A stretch of 63,959 nt of DNA, counting the filler, from Reclinomonas americana ATCC 50394 (Eukaryota), in NCBI GenBank assembly GCA_048213135.1. It is 38 parts of 38 records of this genome, joined end to end, with 100 filler letters (N's around TTAATTAATTAA, not from the genome) between each part and the next. Parts side by side here need not be neighbours in the genome. Positions count along the whole stretch, not along the records: positions 59,043 to 60,614 come from AFZH01025446.1; positions 60,715 to 62,287 come from AFZH01025447.1; positions 62,388 to 63,959 come from AFZH01025448.1; 35 more parts are not named here. The stretch is one strand, 5' to 3'. The number at the start of each line of letters is the position of its first letter. Position 1 is the stretch's first letter. The translations under genes and the position numbers were made by a program. The notes under the pieces are model-generated. The model made no database searches. It saw nothing but the letters and a program-made list of their open reading frames with translations, and was not told the DNA's origin. Shown piece by piece: positions 59,405-63,959 of the stretch.

Positions 59405-60320
59405 CGTCACAACGGACGCGGCGCGCGTGATTGATCAACAGGGACAATTGTCGATTGCATTTGTCCGGTTCCTATTTGCGAATTCAGGGTTGACTCTCTC
59501 CGTGGCCGCGATCAGGGAACGGATCCGGACCGGTAGATACGCGCTGTGGCCTGCAAGCCGCGTTGATCTGGTTTTTGTTCGAATTCGTTCAAATTTTGGT
59601 TTGTAATTGGTTTTGCTGAGCCCCTAGCCGCCAGGAACTGCCTACAAGCTGCCTCCTGGAACATCTCGTTGGCTGTTGGTATGCGCAGAATTCTCGCTCA
59701 GCGAAACTCGAAGAAAACGCCGGAAACCGCGAGAAACGCATGCGATCGGCGAAGATCTAAACAGAACGAGAATTCCACAAAGAATAACGCTTGTGGAAGA
59801 GAAAGGCCTCGTTTTATGGCGATGCTTCTGGTCTGGCCACTGCGGCACTTTCGAATTCAGGTTCGCGATCGATATCAAACATCGCATACTCTTCTGCCAA
59901 ACGACGACTTTGCAATTCCAAATCACCAAATCTAGCTGCATGTTGCGAGTATTCGTGCCGGGCATGGCGTGTTTTGCTTGGCGTGTGCCGTACCGCGACC
60001 TCAGTCGAAAATTTCTTACACATATCGGAAAAATCAGAATTGCAAATTCCAGCCCGCAGCGTACTCGTAGCCACGGCTCACCACTATCTCCTTCACGTGC
60101 CACTGCACGCATCCACCACTATCCCTTCCCTTCCCTCTTACGAGTGAAATTCACAATCGGACAAATCAATGTGACTCATCGCGGGCGTTGAGGTTTTCAG
60201 TGACATTATTTTGGTGCGGCACTTGTGCGTCGACCGCTTTTTTCCCAACTGTTCCGACAAAGGCACTCATTGTGCTTCTCTGTCTGTGTGCGCGTGTGCT
60301 TGTCTCTTGTAGCAGTCACC

Positions 60321-60536
60321 ATGGCGCAGTTCGATCAAGGTGGCAATCTGTACACGTTTGCCAGTGAGCCAAAGGTAATGCCGTTGTGTGAGCTCTCACA
60401 AACTCAATCACACACGCACACGCGCGCGTGCGCTCTCTCTTCTCTCTCTCTTTCTCTGTATATATGCGTGTGTCTGTGTCGCTCATGCTCACTCGTGTTG
60501 TTGGTGATCGCGCAGACGGTGACGAACAGGCGCAAG
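60321..60536 (+). CDS. RSPH3: Radial spoke protein 3-like, first two exons (60321-60374, 60516-60536)
   Basis: Spliced MAQFDQGGNLYTFASEPK-TVTNRRK resembles the RSP3 N-terminus as I recall it (LYTHAAEPKAV..RR.K); short match only. Confidence 0.6.
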
Positions 60537-60714
60537 GTAACATAAACACTCTGACACACACACACACACACACACAAGAGAGAGGGAGGGAGGGGGAGAG
60601 AGAGAGTGGAGACANNNNNNNNNNNNNNNNNNNNNNNNNNNNNNNNNNNNNNNNNNNNTTAATTAATTAANNNNNNNNNNNNNNNNNNNNNNNNNNNNNN
60701 NNNNNNNNNNNNNN

Positions 60715-61442
60715 AGAGGCCGTCACGAGCAATCGCCCGTCGGGGCTGAATGTCTGCGGCAGAGTAACACGCAGTTCAGAACACGAATCATGCAGATTTG
60801 TTGGCAGATCTTGGCGACGCACCGCATCGTTAACTCGATTCGAGTGACCGTCAAACACACGCACAATTTGAAAGGTGGCCGAGTCGACAATCTGTGACAC
60901 AGGCTCAATCTACAATGCTACGGCAGCAGGAAAGTGCACTATACGATATCTCTCTCATACCCGTACAACGCAGTCGTCACACACAAGCGCCATGAGACCG
61001 GAATGGCGCGCCTGCACCATGCGAGACACTGGCGAGCCGATTTCAACAGTGCTCCGCAGAGTGCGCGAGTCCAAGTCCCACATCTTCAACGTGCCATCCA
61101 ACGAGGTCGTGAAAAGGTGCTTGGCAAACGAGTCGAAACACACGCCGGTGACGGCGAGCGAATGTGCTGCACTTGCAATCATCAACAGGTGCAAGGAATG
61201 GAGTGAAAAGCAGGGACGGAAAGCGTACCGAATCCAGACGCTCCAAACGATCCCCGGCTACGGCCGGATTGCAAGATGAACACAAACACTCGCCCGGCCG
61301 CGTCACCGAGAGCAGCAAATGTGCCACACGGTGACACACTGCAGCACTTGAGAGCCGGGCCTACTGGTACGTGGTCACTCGCGCGCTGCGCCTTTTTCAG
61401 CTGCGCCTTCTACACATGCATTGCTGTCAGCCACGCCATGCG

Positions 61443-61475
<33 letters not shown>

Positions 61476-62287
61476 GAGGCGCGCAACATCACGTCCAGTT
61501 GTGGACCCAAACGCCATTGTGCGCAGCAGTTGCTGCTCTCGCGTCTCATTCTTGTCGTCTGCGGCAGCCGCGGAGCCGCCGGCAGCCGCAGAAGTCTGCG
61601 AAGTGCTCGTCGCATCGCTCTCCGGCACCGGTGGTGGCTGCAGCACCATGGAGGTACGCGTGCGATCCGTTGACTTCCAGCAGTACGCGATCGGGTGATT
61701 CTGGTGGCAGGTGACCACATTGGCCCAGTCGCGCTCACGTGCCTCGGCTGCGTACACAAAACGAAAATATATCACAACAGAGTGAGTCACCGACGGAGCT
61801 GCGTTGAGGAGAGGGTCACGTTTCCCCGACGCACAAGACGAGAAATCGATAATTGGGGGCAGACGGCGGAACTGGCGTTCCGAGCCGCTGCGAGATGAAT
61901 AGTGGTGTACATCGCCCTGCGACAGCTCGGTGTTCTGTGCGTCATTGCGCAGCGCCGTTAACCGGAAGCTGCGATCCAGAGATCCCGACAGAATCACGTC
62001 GCCCTCGTCGCCTGCGAACGAAAACAAAAACCGTGAGCGGTTACTACACACACACACCTCACGTAGAGGATTGACTGGTGGAGAGAAATCACCGTAGAAT
62101 CGCGCACGCGTAATGGGTGCCGAGTGCCCCGATCGCTCACGTAGCAGACGCCCAGTGCCATCGTGCTTGTCGAAGATGAACATCTTCAGCGCGTTCGTCG
62201 ACGGCTGCACGAGCAGCACCGGCTCATTCGGCAAAAACTGCAGTCGCACAATGCTGGCCGTGGAGTCGCCCCCGATTCCGGCATCAA
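60715..62287 (-). CDS. WDR36: WDR36/UTP21 (SSU processome), internal exons
   Basis: NALKMFIFD...GRLLRERSGHSAP, LSGSLDRSFR, ELSQG, LPPIIDF, ARERDWANVVTCH, VRVFDGHSNRVND...FSPDGRLL. Confidence 0.92.
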
Positions 62288-62387
62288 NNNNNNNNNNNNN
62301 NNNNNNNNNNNNNNNNNNNNNNNNNNNNNNNTTAATTAATTAANNNNNNNNNNNNNNNNNNNNNNNNNNNNNNNNNNNNNNNNNNNN

Positions 62388-63878
62388 GCGTGCACGCGTG
62401 TGAGCTGCCCCCACGCGCTCCGCGGGTTCAGGGGAGATGATGGCCTCATCGACAGGCGCTCGGTGTTGGCGAAGGGCAACGCCGCTGGCCTCGGCAGCCG
62501 GTGCTGGTCCGCGAGCTCCGGCACGAGGTTGCACAGAACTGCGTACCCAGCGACACAGAGGATGATGAGTAAACGGAGCGTCATGCAGTCTCGTGGGAAT
62601 GGTCAAGTATACTAGTCACCTCGCCACGGCGCGTGCACCGACGCCAGAGGAGTCCGACGAGGAGTCTCCGGCTGCTTGAGACAGCAGCAAATCACGCAAG
62701 CTAAGAAGGCGCCCAATCGCTGCACTCTGACTCACGCCTAACTTGGAGACAAGATCGTCGAGCTGTTCCTTGACGAATGGCTCCAATTTGACGGTGGCTC
62801 TGGGGGCCCTGTTCTGTGATAGCTCCTCCACCGGTTTCCGGGGACGACCTCGCTTGCGCTTGACATCGGTTTCGGCACCAGCAGCATCGTCACCACCGTC
62901 AAAGTCGGCGGGCACGGGCACGGCCGCGACCGGAACACCATTGTCGCCGGCTGCGGCGTCTTGCGCTTCATCTGGCAGCACAGCAGCCGATGCGAGATCG
63001 CCGTCGGCATCGGCGACGACTGGCTGTAGGGGGGCAGCTTGCGGCGGTTGCGGTGGCTGTCGCGGAGACGAGGGCGCTGGGGCTTGCGGCTCGGCAGGTG
63101 CCGGCGGCGGTGGTTGCCGTGCCTGTGGCGGTGACATTGCAGATGGTGGGGAGATTGGTGGGGCGGCGCCTCGGCGATTCTTCACACTGGCACTGCGCGC
63201 ACGGGACGGTTCCGACACACTGGACCGTGTGGACCCAGTGGTGGTAGCGGTTTGCGCGCGAGACGATGCAGGGCGCGGCCGCTTCCGCACAGGAGACGAG
63301 GCCGACCGAGATGATGTTGCCTTCGGCGCCGACCGCTCCAGTTGCACTGCGAGTGGCGACAAAGGAGCGCTGGCCTCACCACCGCGCTCCGCAGACTGTG
63401 CCCGCCGTCGCCGCTTGCCCGCCTGCATCCCGACAGGCGACATGACAACATCCGCAGCGCATTGTGCGTGGAGCTTGATCCGCGAGGAGGTCGAAATGGC
63501 ACAGCGTCGTCCTCCATGGGCAGAGCGCGCGCGGCAGCGTTCATCCGCACACTTCCGCCGAGTGTATGGCGCCTCTGTGACGGCTGCTGTGAGGGAGAGT
63601 GGTGTGTGAGCACACACGACATTTGCATTTCGCGCCAAGATGACGCGGATGACGTGCGGGGTCAGTGGGTGCAATGTTGAGACTCTTTCTGCGTGCACTC
63701 CCCAGGCAGAGGTGTTCCTCGTGGAGTGCGAGCACGCCGCGCGTGCGTGTGCACATAGAAGGGGGGGAGTGGTGGACCGCAATGGGTGGAAATGACCGAC
63801 AAAACGCACCACAGACTCTTCCGCTGATTCGCAGGCCGCCAAAAGCACTTCCAGTCCATCACCTTGATGTACACTCAT
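62388..63878 (-). CDS. Putative DNA-binding protein with AT-hook and ribbon-helix-helix-like segment, multi-exon
   Basis: KRKRGRPRKP followed by ATVKLEPFVKEQLDDLVSKLGVSQSAAIGRLL; an intron at about 62540-62619 continues the frame. Confidence 0.55.
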
Positions 63879-63959
63879 GTTGCAGTGAGCGGCGGCGCGC
63901 GGCGATGCGTGGAAGTGACCAAGGATTTTTACGGGTGGACACAGAAAATTTGGTGGAAG

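Noticed and set aside
59441..60172. MITE with terminal inverted repeats (ATTGCATTTGTCCG ... CGGACAAATCAAT); GGACAATTGTCGA also at 28849
   Set aside because: The match is short and imperfect, with no target-site duplication or second copy visible.

Overview
This window is not a contiguous locus. It is 38 short contigs (about 1.57-1.60 kb, sorted by decreasing length) joined by an artificial 100-nt spacer (N44-TTAATTAATTAA-N44), so adjacency between contigs means nothing. Most contigs come from an intron-rich, microsatellite-rich, probably flagellated and diploid/heterozygous microbial eukaryote (RSP3-like, SHIPPO/ODF3-like, polycystin-like, WDR36/UTP21, CCDC47, ASCC2-like, CCR4-family, DJ-1/PfpI and MOV10-like genes). 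One contig is bacterial-looking (GH3 glycosidase), one is a DIRS-type tyrosine-recombinase retrotransposon and one is a compositional outlier. Top leads: (1) a spliced gene fusing a coiled coil, a DZIP3/Swt1-like HEPN ribonuclease domain (intact RHxxxH motif) and the start of a protein kinase, the reverse of the IRE1/RNase L order; (2) a frequent second class of 5' splice donor, GTTGCG(T), shifted one base from GTGCGT/GTGAGT and always after a non-G exon base; (3) a multi-copy WD40 family sharing a C-terminal LPxLVLRCF motif; (4) cadherin-like repeats encoded one domain per phase-1 exon. All family assignments are by eye from remembered motifs. No searches were run.
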